Shown one piece after another: positions 1-9,704 of a stretch of DNA of 39,519 bases (position 1 is the stretch's first letter; each line of letters begins with the position of its first letter). The notes below the pieces were generated by a model that was not told the DNA's origin, did not search any database, and saw only the letters and a list, made by a program, of their open reading frames with translations. This DNA comes from Candidatus Pelagibacterales bacterium (lineage in GTDB: Bacteria > Pseudomonadota > Alphaproteobacteria > Pelagibacterales > AG-422-B15). The translations under genes and the position numbers were made by a program. Where the stretch lies: positions 1-39,519 of the forward strand of contig JAQWTH010000027.1 of NCBI GenBank assembly GCA_029242795.1, given 5' to 3'.

Positions 1-1
1 T

Positions 2-538
2 ATAGGTGTTTCTTGCTTTTCTATTTTAACAGATGAAAAATATTTTAATGGAAGTCTTAATGATTTGGTTAATCTTCGAAGAAATACAAAAGCCCCTATC
101 CTAAGAAAAGAATTTATTGTTGATGAATATCAAGTATACGAGGCATTCATTTCAGGTGCAGATTGCATACTTATTATTTTATCAATGATTGATTTAGACT
201 TAGCAAAAAGAATAGAAAACGTGGCAATGTCTCTAGGTCTCGATGCAATAATTGAAGTACACAACGAAAAAGAAATAAATGACGCCATAAAATTTAATTC
301 TAATTTGATAGGAATAAATAATAGAAACTTAAAAGATTTCACTGTAGATATTAATAATGCAATTAGACTTGCTAACGGCATTAAGACTGACAAAATTCTT
401 ATTTCTGAAAGTGGCATAAACTCAAAGAGTGACATTAATCAGACCATAACTAATTCCAGTATTAGAACCTTTTTGATCGGCGAATCATTAATGAGATCTA
501 AAGATATTAGAGCTAAATTTAATAATTTAATAAATTAA
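2..538 (+). CDS. trpC: Indole-3-glycerol phosphate synthase, 5' end outside the window
   Basis: The frame is open from nt 2 (IGVSCFSILTDEKYFNGSL...). It contains LRKEFI, GADCILII, IEVHN, GINNRNL, ISESGI and FLIGESLM, all TrpC motifs. Confidence 0.97.
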   Translation: MGVSCFSILTDEKYFNGSLNDLVNLRRNTKAPILRKEFIVDEYQVYEAFISGADCILIILSMIDLDLAKRIENVAMSLGLDAIIEVHNEKEINDAIKFNSNLIGINNRNLKDFTVDINNAIRLANGIKTDKILISESGINSKSDINQTITNSSIRTFLIGESLMRSKDIRAKFNNLIN

Positions 539-587
539 ACTATAAATATAATTCCATAATTTATTGATTTCATTACATAAAATTGTA

Positions 588-618
588 TTGAACATTCATG
601 AGAACATTGATAGAACAT
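588..618 (+). promoter_or_regulatory. LexA (SOS) operator overlapping a putative lexA promoter
   Basis: GAAC-N7-GAAC at 602-616 is the alphaproteobacterial LexA box. A third GAAC at 590-593 has N8 spacing. TTGAAC(588-593)-N17-TAGAAC(611-616) fits a sigma70-type -35/-10 just upstream of the lexA ATG. Confidence 0.85.
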
Positions 619-631
619 AAATATTGGGATT

Positions 632-1309
632 ATGTTAACAAAAAAACAAAAACAACTTCTAAATTATATTGGAACTTTTCAGAGAAGAAACGGTGTCACT
701 CCATCTTATGAAGAAATGAAAGATGCGTTGGAGCTTAAATCTAAATCAGGTATTCATAGACTGATTTTGGCTCTTGAAGAAAGAGGTTTTGTCAAAAGAC
801 TTGCTCACAAAGCGAGGGCGCTTGAAATTATAAAAGACGGCATTACTAATTTAGATGTATCTACTCATAGAAAGAATGTTGTTATTGCAGATTTTAAAGA
901 ACAATCTCATAATTTATCTGAAAATAAAGTTAGCACTATTCCAATGCTTGGTAAAATAGCTGCTGGAACTCCGATTGAAGCAATTCAGCACAATGATGAC
1001 ATGATTGATGTACCTAGAGAGCTTATGTCAGTAGGAGAGTCTTATGCTTTAAAAGTTGAGGGCGACTCAATGATAAATGAAGGAATTCATGAAGGAGATA
1101 CTGTTCTAATCAAAAAAACTAACCTTGCTGAAAATGGAGATATTATTGTTGCACTAATTGATGATCATGAAGCGACTTTAAAAAGATTAAGGAAAAAAGG
1201 GCAAAGCATTGCTCTTGAAAGTGCAAATCCATTATATGAAACTCGAATTTTGGCTGCACATAGAGTTAAAATTCAAGGTAAACTAACTGGTTTATTAAGA
1301 AAATATTAA
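632..1309 (+). CDS. lexA: SOS transcriptional repressor LexA
   Basis: N-terminal wHTH (LTKKQ..LL...PSYEEM..AL.LKSKSGIHRL), Ala-Gly cleavage site (IAAG), catalytic Ser (GDSM) and Lys (ATLK). Confidence 0.98.
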   Translation: MLTKKQKQLLNYIGTFQRRNGVTPSYEEMKDALELKSKSGIHRLILALEERGFVKRLAHKARALEIIKDGITNLDVSTHRKNVVIADFKEQSHNLSENKVSTIPMLGKIAAGTPIEAIQHNDDMIDVPRELMSVGESYALKVEGDSMINEGIHEGDTVLIKKTNLAENGDIIVALIDDHEATLKRLRKKGQSIALESANPLYETRILAAHRVKIQGKLTGLLRKY

Positions 1310-1325
1310 TTATCCCTTTTTTTGC

Positions 1326-1363
1326 CTATTTATTCTTTTCCATTACTAATAAATAGTTTATTT
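1326..1363 (+). terminator. 9-bp inverted repeat followed by a T-rich tail; possible weak lexA terminator or protein-binding site
   Basis: CTATTTATT (1326-1334) and AATAAATAG (1348-1356) form a stem with a 13-nt loop, followed by TTTATTT. The stem is AT-rich and therefore weak. Confidence 0.3.
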
Positions 1364-1370
1364 AATAGTC

Positions 1371-2699
1371 ATGAAATCAAAGAAAAAATCAACAAAATCA
1401 AAGAAAAATACTGCAAAACTAATAATAAACTCTAATACATATCAACTCCCTATACACAAAGCTACTGAAGGAAGTAATGTAATTAATGTTACAAAACTTT
1501 TTTCTGAATCAGGTTATTTTACATATGATCCCGGCTTTACCTCAACCGCGGCATGTGAATCAAAAGTTACCTTTATTGATGGTGAAAAGGGAATACTACG
1601 TTATAGAGGAATTGACGTATCTGAATTAGCGAAAAAGAGTGATTTCATAGAAGTTTCTAACTTGCTTATTTATGGAGATTTACCAAATCAAAAACAATTA
1701 AAGAAGTATAGAAAATTAATTATAAATCATACGATGCTTAATGAGCAGCTGATAAAGTTCTTTAACGGATTTAGAAGAGATGCTCACCCAATGGCAATGA
1801 TGGTTGGAGTAATGGGCGCTCTCTCAGCATTCTATCAAGACTCATTAGATATAAATGACCCTCATCAGAGAATGACAGCTGCAAGAAGAATAATAGCTAA
1901 AGCAGCTACTATTGGCGCAATGTCATATAAATATTCAATTGGTCAACCATTCGTTTACCCTGATAATAATCTGTCTTATGCTGAAAATTTTTTAAATATG
2001 TGTTTTTCTGTACCATCTGAAAATTATAAAATTCCTAAAATAATATCAAAAGCAATGGATATAATTTTTATACTCCATGCTGATCATGAGCAAAACGCTT
2101 CAACATCTACAGTAAGATTAGCTGGCTCATCTGGCGCTAATCCATTTGCTTGTATTGCAGCTGGTGTTGCATCTCTTTGGGGGCCTGCTCATGGTGGCGC
2201 CAACCAAGCTGCATTAGAAATGCTTGAAACAATTGGTAATAAAAATAATATCGATAAATATATTAAAAAAGCAAAAGATAAAAAAGATGAATTCAAACTC
2301 ATGGGTTTTGGACACAGAGTTTATAAAAACTATGATCCTAGAGCTAAAATACTAAAAAGTATTTGTAAAAAGGTATTGGCCCATGTTGGCGTAAAAAAAG
2401 ACCCTATATTAGAATTAGCAATAGAACTAGAAAAGAAAGCATTAAAAGATTCTTACTTCATTCAAAAAAAATTGTATCCAAACGTAGACTTTTATTCAGG
2501 AATAATTCTTAGAGCGATAGGTTTCCCGCCAGAGATGTTTACAGTAATTTTTTCAATTGCTCGTACAGCTGGATGGACAGCACAATGGACTGAAATGATA
2601 GATGATCCAATTCAAAAAATTGGTAGGCCTAGACAACTTTATACAGGAAACAAAAGTCAAAAATATGGCAAGATCAGATCAAAAAAGAATACAAGGTAA
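1371..2699 (+). CDS. gltA: Citrate synthase (type II, Gram-negative)
   Basis: [61 protein letters not shown]. Confidence 0.98.
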   Translation: MKSKKKSTKSKKNTAKLIINSNTYQLPIHKATEGSNVINVTKLFSESGYFTYDPGFTSTAACESKVTFIDGEKGILRYRGIDVSELAKKSDFIEVSNLLIYGDLPNQKQLKKYRKLIINHTMLNEQLIKFFNGFRRDAHPMAMMVGVMGALSAFYQDSLDINDPHQRMTAARRIIAKAATIGAMSYKYSIGQPFVYPDNNLSYAENFLNMCFSVPSENYKIPKIISKAMDIIFILHADHEQNASTSTVRLAGSSGANPFACIAAGVASLWGPAHGGANQAALEMLETIGNKNNIDKYIKKAKDKKDEFKLMGFGHRVYKNYDPRAKILKSICKKVLAHVGVKKDPILELAIELEKKALKDSYFIQKKLYPNVDFYSGIILRAIGFPPEMFTVIFSIARTAGWTAQWTEMIDDPIQKIGRPRQLYTGNKSQKYGKIRSKKNTR

Positions 2700-2700
2700 G

Positions 2701-3523
2701 CTAAATAAAATACAAATTAAGCTTATTCTCTTTTAGCATTTTAATTATCTTTGACTTATTGAACACAATCGTATTACTTTTTCTTATAGCAATACCATTT
2801 AAATTTGCCTTAACGGCATTTAGTATTGTTTTAGGGCCAATTACTGGATTATCCGTATTATTTGATTGATTAATTTTTGAAATCTTAATCAGAATGCCTT
2901 CTCTATTATTTAATTTTAATATCTTCTTTTCTGATGCTACTCTTTTTAAAAGTTGATCAGTCCCTTCAGTCGCTTCTATTCCTAATATATATCCATTAGA
3001 AACAACAGCAGCTTGAGCGTTGTCATACTTGGAAATTTTATTTAATAATGAAATACCTTTTTTGATATCAAATTGATCATTATTTTTATCATAAAAAATA
3101 TATTCTTTATCAAATTTATTTAAATAGAAACTATCGTCTATAGATTTAAGTGATTTTGCTATAAAACCCTCATTTTTTAAAATTTTCAAAATTAAATCCA
3201 GCGTTTGGCCGTCACCGTTTTTATATTCATTCATTATTTGAGAAATATATTTTGCTAATACGTTATCAATTTTGATATTTGATAAATTGGGTCTATTAAC
3301 TTTTCCTATAAGGCACACGTCTCTGATATTGAATTTTTTTAACAAGTTAATAATTTTTGAGAATTCATAAACTTTTAAAGAAAATATATTTTTTTTTTTT
3401 TAATGAAATTGAAGTAGATAGATTTATAAAGATTGTATTCGAATATTTTTTTTTTGAATTTTTATAAATCTCTGCAGTTAGAGGTTCATATCCACCTATA
3501 AAAGCAATGTTACTTTTTTTCAT
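2701..3523 (-). pseudogene. lpxI: LpxI (DUF1009) UDP-2,3-diacylglucosamine pyrophosphatase, split by a +1 frameshift in an A13 tract; may be intact in vivo
   Basis: ATG at 3523 overlaps the lpxA stop and gives MKKSNIAFIGG... up to TGA 3365-3367. The second frame (NIFSLKVYEFSKIINLLKK...IGKVNRP...D..QAAVV..G..LGIEATEGTDQLL...DNPVIGPKT) runs to 2701. A12 instead of A13 gives a single 273-aa ORF. Position after lpxA is the usual one. Confidence 0.85.
3389..3401 (-). repeat. 13-nt homopolymer (A13 on the coding strand) at the lpxI frameshift
   Basis: T run at 3389-3401. A second, in-frame T10 run lies at 3446-3455. Confidence 0.95.
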
Positions 3524-4289
3524 AGCGACATAAGCCCCTACTCGATTTAACTGAAATAAATTCACTTATTTTATTTATCAAAATATTTCCATTGTTTTTA
3601 ATATTATCTATTTTAGTTTGAATAGACACATTGCTTGAAAAAATATCTTTAATAAAATTATTAACTGATTGAATATCAGATTTTCTATAATTAGCTCTTT
3701 TCAGTCCAATTAGATTAAGGCCAGTAATTTTTGCTCTATTTCCGATAGCTAAAGCAAAAGGAAATACATCATTTTCAACGGCACTCATACCACCAATCAT
3801 AGATAATTCTCCAATTCTACAAAATTGATGAATTGCTGATAATCCACCTATAACAGCATTATCTTCAACAATTACATGGCCCCCTAATGTAGCTTGGTTA
3901 GCCATAATAACGTTGTTTCCAACAATGCAATCATGAGCAATATGTACAGCTGTCATAAAAAGAGATTTATTACCAATTATTGTGTTGTATCCACCCCCTT
4001 CGGTGCCAGAATTGACAGTACAAAATTCACGAAAAGTATTAGAGTCACCAATCTTTACAAATGACTCCTCACCAGAAAATTTTAAATCTTGTGGAATTGA
4101 ACCTATTGAACAAAATGAGAAAATTTTATTATTTTTTCCTATACTTGTATTTCCAATTATTGAACTGGATGCAGATATTTCAGTATTATCTCCTATAATA
4201 ACATTACCATCAATATAAACATAAGGACCAATTCTTACATTAGAACCCAATTTAACTCCTTTACTAATAATTGCTGTAGGATGTATCAT
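3510..4289 (-). CDS. lpxA: UDP-N-acetylglucosamine O-acyltransferase
   Basis: MIHPTAII start, hexapeptide repeats, PQDLKF.GE, HIAHDC, HQFCRIG. Confidence 0.97.
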   Translation of the reverse strand: MIHPTAIISKGVKLGSNVRIGPYVYIDGNVIIGDNTEISASSSIIGNTSIGKNNKIFSFCSIGSIPQDLKFSGEESFVKIGDSNTFREFCTVNSGTEGGGYNTIIGNKSLFMTAVHIAHDCIVGNNVIMANQATLGGHVIVEDNAVIGGLSAIHQFCRIGELSMIGGMSAVENDVFPFALAIGNRAKITGLNLIGLKRANYRKSDIQSVNNFIKDIFSSNVSIQTKIDNIKNNGNILINKISEFISVKSSRGLCRYEKK

Positions 4290-4738
4290 TTCTTATCTTT
4301 ATCCATAATAGTCGCGCACCAAATTGATTCTGCAATCTTATTATCTTTTTCATCTAATAATTCACCTTCAAATTTCCATACCCGTCCCTTTGATCGCAAG
4401 GCGTTTACTTTTGCGAATATTTTTTCATTTGGAAAAACTGGTTTTCTAAATTTTGTATTATTGATATTCATTAAATAAACAATTTTATCAAAGGTTTCTT
4501 CTTTTATACTATAGGCAATTAAAGCTGCTGCTGTTTGGGCCATCATCTCAACAAGAATCACACCTGGAACTACAGGCTGCTCAGGAAAATGACCTTTAAA
4601 AAAATTATCTTTTACAGTAAATGTTTTAACTCCAGTGGCATTTTTTAATTTTTTAATGTCAATTAATTCATCAATAAATAAAAAAGGTTCTCTATGAGGA
4701 ATATATTCTTTAATTTGATTTTGATTCAGGGATACCAT
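4286..4738 (-). CDS. fabZ: 3-hydroxyacyl-ACP dehydratase
   Basis: IPHREPFLFID, FFKGHFP..PVVPGVILVE.MAQ, KFRKPVFP; lies between lpxD and lpxA. Confidence 0.97.
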   Translation of the reverse strand: MVSLNQNQIKEYIPHREPFLFIDELIDIKKLKNATGVKTFTVKDNFFKGHFPEQPVVPGVILVEMMAQTAAALIAYSIKEETFDKIVYLMNINNTKFRKPVFPNEKIFAKVNALRSKGRVWKFEGELLDEKDNKIAESIWCATIMDKDKK

Positions 4739-4741
4739 GAC

Positions 4742-5728
4742 TCAATTAACTTTATTTGTTTTTAATGTTTTTTTTAAGTGGGTAAACATGTTGATTGCCG
4801 GGTCACCCATAATTCTTTGATTATTTTCTATGCTATTTCTTACTCCACTTTTTGCAGCTATTTCTACATGATCTCCAATTTTGACATGCCCAACAATTCC
4901 CACCTGTCCACCCATTTTAACATAACTTCCTATATTAGCGCTTCCAGCGATTCCACATTGACCGGCTAAAACAGAATTTGAGCCAATTTTAACGTTATGA
5001 GCTATATGAACTTGGTTATCTAAATAAACATTTTCACCTATATAAGTATCTGAAAAACTACCACGATCAATTGTGCAATTTGAGCCAATATAACAATTGT
5101 CTTGTATTACTACTCTTCCAATATGATAAATCTTTAAATTACTATTATTTTGAAAAGCGAAACCAAAACCAGGCTGGCCAATTGAACAATTATTTTCAAT
5201 TTCAACATTATCACCAATTATTGAATTTTGAATTATAGTATTGGAGCCAATTTTAACATTTTTACCGATAATACAACCTTCAAGTATTACTGAGCCGTCT
5301 CCAACAAATAAGTCAGCTCCAATTTTGCATCCATTTTTAATAATTGCAGATTTAGAAATATTATAATTTTTTTTAATATTCGTCTTCTTTAGTTTAATTT
5401 TTTCAGAGTTGCTTAAATCTCTGTAAAATAGATTTGATATTTTAGCTACAGAAGAATGCACATCTGGCACAATAATTGTTATTATATTTTTAAAATCAGA
5501 TATATCTTTTCTCTTCGTAGAAATAATTATCCCCTTTGGGCTTTCTGCAGATGAAGAAAAATTATGCCCATCATACAAAAAAGTTAGGTCATTTTTTGAG
5601 CAGTTATTGAGTCCTTTAAACGAAGAAAAACTTATATTTTTATAATTTGATGATTTTTCATTTATCTCTAAAGCTGATAAAATATTATTATAAGAAATTG
5701 GTCCTAATTTCTTATAAAAATTAAACAT
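4742..5728 (-). CDS. lpxD: UDP-3-O-acylglucosamine N-acyltransferase
   Basis: Hexapeptide repeats, IGQPGFGF, TIDRG, DNQVHIAHNV.IG, GGQVGIVGH, GDPA. Confidence 0.96.
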   Translation of the reverse strand: MFNFYKKLGPISYNNILSALEINEKSSNYKNISFSSFKGLNNCSKNDLTFLYDGHNFSSSAESPKGIIISTKRKDISDFKNIITIIVPDVHSSVAKISNLFYRDLSNSEKIKLKKTNIKKNYNISKSAIIKNGCKIGADLFVGDGSVILEGCIIGKNVKIGSNTIIQNSIIGDNVEIENNCSIGQPGFGFAFQNNSNLKIYHIGRVVIQDNCYIGSNCTIDRGSFSDTYIGENVYLDNQVHIAHNVKIGSNSVLAGQCGIAGSANIGSYVKMGGQVGIVGHVKIGDHVEIAAKSGVRNSIENNQRIMGDPAINMFTHLKKTLKTNKVN

Positions 5729-5742
5729 ATATTTAAAAGAGA

Positions 5743-6285
5743 CTAGTCTTCTAATTCAACTTTAATTTTAGGAAGGTTTTTATTAAGTATTTTTATAACT
5801 TCTTCTGTCATGTCCATTTCATCTGCAGACATAACAACAGCATTTTTCTCTAGGATTACTGTAATTCCAACCTCTTTAGCATATTCATTAATAATTGGCT
5901 TAACTTCATCTAATATTTTAGCTCTAGCCATCTGAACCATTTGATCTAATTTTCTTAATTTTTCTTGTCTTTCAATTTGATAGTTTTGTACTTTTTTTTC
6001 AAAATCAGCAACTTTAACCTCAAATGCCTCAGGAGCCATAACAGATTGTTGCTCAATTAATCTTTCACGTTCCTTGATTATGAGATCATCTTCACTTTTA
6101 GACTCTTCTTCTGAGTTTTTTTGAATTTTATCTATCTGCTTAGTTGCATCAATTGCCGCTTTAGATTCTGTTAAGACTTTATTAATATCAATAATGCCTA
6201 TTGAAGTATTAGGGTATTGATCAGCAAATAAGCATGAAGAAGAAAAAAATAATAATGTAAGTAGTATAAAATTGAATTTTTTCAT
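5743..6285 (-). CDS. skp: OmpH/Skp family periplasmic chaperone
   Basis: Signal peptide, IGIIDINKVL.ES, long helical region, DMTEEVIK.LN C-terminus; lies between bamA and lpxD. Confidence 0.88.
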   Translation of the reverse strand: MKKFNFILLTLLFFSSSCLFADQYPNTSIGIIDINKVLTESKAAIDATKQIDKIQKNSEEESKSEDDLIIKERERLIEQQSVMAPEAFEVKVADFEKKVQNYQIERQEKLRKLDQMVQMARAKILDEVKPIINEYAKEVGITVILEKNAVVMSADEMDMTEEVIKILNKNLPKIKVELED

Positions 6286-6287
6286 AA

Positions 6288-8528
6288 TTAAAAATTGTAT
6301 CCTATATCAAAATAAAAAGTATCTATTGCGTCCGTTTCTTTCTTTTTTAAAGGTTGAGCAAAAATAAAATTAATTGGTCCAATTGCACTATCCCACATAA
6401 AATTAAGTCCCAAAGAAGATCTTAAATAATGCTCATCATCTATTGAGCCAAATCTATTATCAAGACCCCAAACACTCCCAACATCTAAAAATAGTGTACT
6501 TGTAATATCAAAATTTTCTATTGGTAAATCAATATTTGTTTCAGTTGATAACAAATAAAAATATTGACCTCCAGTATATGAATTGCCTGTTTTTGGACCT
6601 ACACGTTGACTCTGAAAACCTCTTAATTTATTACCTCCTAAATCAAAATATGAAGATATAGGGGCATACTTATTATTATATCCATTTACATGGCCACCAT
6701 TAAGTTTAAGAGATCCAATTAATGATCTACTGATTCTCTTATAGTATGTGTAATCTATCGTGCTTTTTATATAAAAAGAGTCACCTCCTAACCCTGCAAG
6801 ATCTTGATTTAAGATATACTTATATCCAGCTGAAGGCTTATAGGGGCTATTTCTTTTATCACTTGAAAATGAATAACCGACACTAGATACAGTTGTAGTT
6901 CCAGCAAGTAACTTTTCATAACTTGTGGCATCTACATCAGCCGTGGTTTTGTCATTAAATATTGCATATTTAGTCGTAATTCTTTGATCATAAGAAAGAG
7001 GAAATCCTAATGCTAGTCCAAAACCAATTTTTTCAGTTTCGTAATTTACTGTAGCAGAGTCCTGCAGCTCACTATATAAATCAGTTTTAATATATAAATC
7101 TCTTCCATATAGATAAGGTTCTGCGAAAGAAATATCATATGCAGTAAATTCATCGCCAAAGTTAGATTGAAACTTAAGTTGCTGACCTTTACCTAAAAAA
7201 TTATCCTCTGTAATCCCTAATTGTAAATTTGCTTTTGTCGCAGAGGAGTATCCTGCGCCAATCGTGGCTTCACCAGTATTTTTTTCTTCAACATCAATTA
7301 TTAAATTAATCTTATCAAATGCTTCATCTTTTTCTTCAGTAATACTTACTTTACTAAAATACTGAAGGGCTTGGATTTTATTTTTCGATACGTCGATTAG
7401 GTATTTGCTATATGAGTCCCCCTCTGAAATTGAAAGCTGCCTCCTGATAACTCTGTCAGTTGTTCTCGTATTACCGTTAATAATAATTTTCTTAATATAT
7501 ACCTTTGGGCCTTCATTGACCAAATAACTTATATTTACTTTCTTTTTTTCATTATCAAATGTTTTATTAGAGTCTATTTGTACAAAAGAATATCCATAAG
7601 CAGACGCACTATTTTTAATTGAGGCAATATCATCTCTTATAAGATTAGCATTATATAAGTTTCCTGATTTAACACTTAATGTATTGCTTAAAAATTGATC
7701 ATTTAATTTCTTAAACTTACTTTCAATTATTACATCTCCAAAAGAATACAATTCACCTTCATTAACCGTTAATATTATTTCAAATTGATTTTTATTTGGA
7801 ATTAATTGAGCAATAGAAGATTTAAAAGTAAAATTTGGATAACCACTATTTTTATATAGATTTGAAATTAAGATTTTGTCATACTCGAGTCTATCTGGAT
7901 CATAATTATCCGAAGAGGAGAAGAATCTCAATAAGTTTGAAGTTTTAGTCTTCATTTCCTTTCTCAATTCTCTTGAAGAAAAAACATTGTTTCCTATAAA
8001 AGTAATTTTTGATACTGAAACAATATCAGACTCATTTACTTCAAAAATCAAGTTAACACGATTATCTATTAATGTTTCAACTTTTGGAATAACTTCAGTA
8101 GATAGTCTTCCGGACCTTTGATAAAGTGATAGCAGTTTCTTAACATCTTTTTTTACTTTAGATCTTGAATATATAGACCTGTCTCTCAAAGAGATTTCAC
8201 TTAGTAAATCAGCATCACTTTTCTTATCATTACCAACAAATTTAATTAAATTAATAGTAGGATTTTCTCTGACAGTTATATTTAATAATCCATCTATAAA
8301 TTGAATCTTTACATCAGAAAATAAATTAGTCTCGTATAAACTTTTTAATGCAATATTTCCTATTTCATTTGAATAGAGACTATCAATATTTAATTTAGAA
8401 TATGAAATTACAGTCTCGCGTTCTATTCTTTCTAGGCCATTAATTTTGATTTCATCAATAGAAAAATCATCGGCTAAAATAGAATTACTGAAGAAAGCAA
8501 GTATCGTGATTAAGATTACATTACGCAT
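6288..8528 (-). CDS. bamA: Outer membrane protein assembly factor BamA
   Basis: Signal peptide, POTRA repeats (VRENPTIN, GNTRTTDRVIRR), LRGF loop-6 motif, SAIGP, C-terminal GYNF. Confidence 0.97.
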   Translation of the reverse strand: MRNVILITILAFFSNSILADDFSIDEIKINGLERIERETVISYSKLNIDSLYSNEIGNIALKSLYETNLFSDVKIQFIDGLLNITVRENPTINLIKFVGNDKKSDADLLSEISLRDRSIYSRSKVKKDVKKLLSLYQRSGRLSTEVIPKVETLIDNRVNLIFEVNESDIVSVSKITFIGNNVFSSRELRKEMKTKTSNLLRFFSSSDNYDPDRLEYDKILISNLYKNSGYPNFTFKSSIAQLIPNKNQFEIILTVNEGELYSFGDVIIESKFKKLNDQFLSNTLSVKSGNLYNANLIRDDIASIKNSASAYGYSFVQIDSNKTFDNEKKKVNISYLVNEGPKVYIKKIIINGNTRTTDRVIRRQLSISEGDSYSKYLIDVSKNKIQALQYFSKVSITEEKDEAFDKINLIIDVEEKNTGEATIGAGYSSATKANLQLGITEDNFLGKGQQLKFQSNFGDEFTAYDISFAEPYLYGRDLYIKTDLYSELQDSATVNYETEKIGFGLALGFPLSYDQRITTKYAIFNDKTTADVDATSYEKLLAGTTTVSSVGYSFSSDKRNSPYKPSAGYKYILNQDLAGLGGDSFYIKSTIDYTYYKRISRSLIGSLKLNGGHVNGYNNKYAPISSYFDLGGNKLRGFQSQRVGPKTGNSYTGGQYFYLLSTETNIDLPIENFDITSTLFLDVGSVWGLDNRFGSIDDEHYLRSSLGLNFMWDSAIGPINFIFAQPLKKKETDAIDTFYFDIGYNF

Positions 8529-8549
8529 TAGGCTCCTATTATAAATTAA

Positions 8550-9704
8550 CTATTTATTAATAATAGTTTTAATATTTGCATCTACCCAGATACTGGATTC
8601 GTTTAAATCTTCAATATTTGGTTCATTTATATTTTGATGAGATTTGAAATAAAGCTCTATGACCCTTTCATTAAAATTAACAATTTTTGTATACTTAATA
8701 AAACCTTCAAGAAATAATTTAACTAATTTATCATTGATATAGTTGAATAGATGTGGGGCTATACCATCTTTTTGCATAATATATTTGCCAAGACTGAATG
8801 CTGGAAATCGCTGGTTATCAATCTCAAGGAATTCTAGTATTTTTAATTTGGTTAAATCTAAATCATGATTATTAGATCTATAGTCCTTATTTGGAAAAAA
8901 TAAACTTGAAATTGGAATCTCCATATTCGGTTGACTTAGAAAAGCATAAGATGAATTATCGTTATAATTTATAATACCATGAATTATTGACTGAGGATGT
9001 ATAATTGCATCAACTTCATTAGGCTGAAGATGAAAAAGATTTTTTGCTTCAATAAGTTCAAGTGATTTATTCATCATATTTGACGAATCGACTGAGATTT
9101 TATTTCCCATCTTCCATTTTGGATGTTTGATCGCTTGTTCAGGAGTTATATATTCAAATTTATTTAAATCTAAGTCTAAGAAAGGCCCACCCGAGGCAGT
9201 TATGGTTATATTCTTTATAGGTTTATAATTTCTATTCAACAATTGATAAATTGCATTATGCTCAGAGTCTAAGGGAAATATACTAGTTTCAAACTTATGG
9301 CATTTATTAAAAAGTATTTTTCCGAGTGAAATTATACATTCTTTATTTGCTATTGCTAAAGTTTTTCCTGTTTCCGCAATTCTTAATGCTAAAGATGCCC
9401 CCGATAGACCGGAAATAGCTAAAATATAGATATCAATATCTTCATTAATAAACGACTCAAAATTTTTAATACCATAAACAGTATTTTTTTTTTCTAAAAT
9501 TTCATTTTTATCATTTGATAAATCTTCGTTTGAGACTCCTAAGTTGTCACATTTATAGCGATTGGAAATATCAATTAGACTTTCGATGTTCTGATTGCAA
9601 GTTATGCCTTTTAAGCAATACTTATCATTTGTCTTATCTAGGATTTTTAGTACAGAGGTACCAATTGATCCTGTTGCACCAAATAAAATAATATTTTTAG
9701 GCAT
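8550..9704 (-). CDS. dxr: 1-deoxy-D-xylulose 5-phosphate reductoisomerase
   Basis: GATGSIG, LAIANKE, PLDSEHNAI, TASGGPF, HPKWKMGNKISVDS..MMNKSLE. Confidence 0.97.
   Translation of the reverse strand: MPKNIILFGATGSIGTSVLKILDKTNDKYCLKGITCNQNIESLIDISNRYKCDNLGVSNEDLSNDKNEILEKKNTVYGIKNFESFINEDIDIYILAISGLSGASLALRIAETGKTLAIANKECIISLGKILFNKCHKFETSIFPLDSEHNAIYQLLNRNYKPIKNITITASGGPFLDLDLNKFEYITPEQAIKHPKWKMGNKISVDSSNMMNKSLELIEAKNLFHLQPNEVDAIIHPQSIIHGIINYNDNSSYAFLSQPNMEIPISSLFFPNKDYRSNNHDLDLTKLKILEFLEIDNQRFPAFSLGKYIMQKDGIAPHLFNYINDKLVKLFLEGFIKYTKIVNFNERVIELYFKSHQNINEPNIEDLNESSIWVDANIKTIINK

Noticed and set aside
1371-1420. Lys-rich N-terminus of GltA as a targeting or DNA-binding extension
   Set aside because: It is short and explained by AT-driven Lys bias; nothing else supports a function.
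3365-3565. 66-aa ORF as an independent small gene
   Set aside because: From ATG 3523 it is the N-terminal part of the frameshifted lpxI; the earlier residues overlap lpxA.
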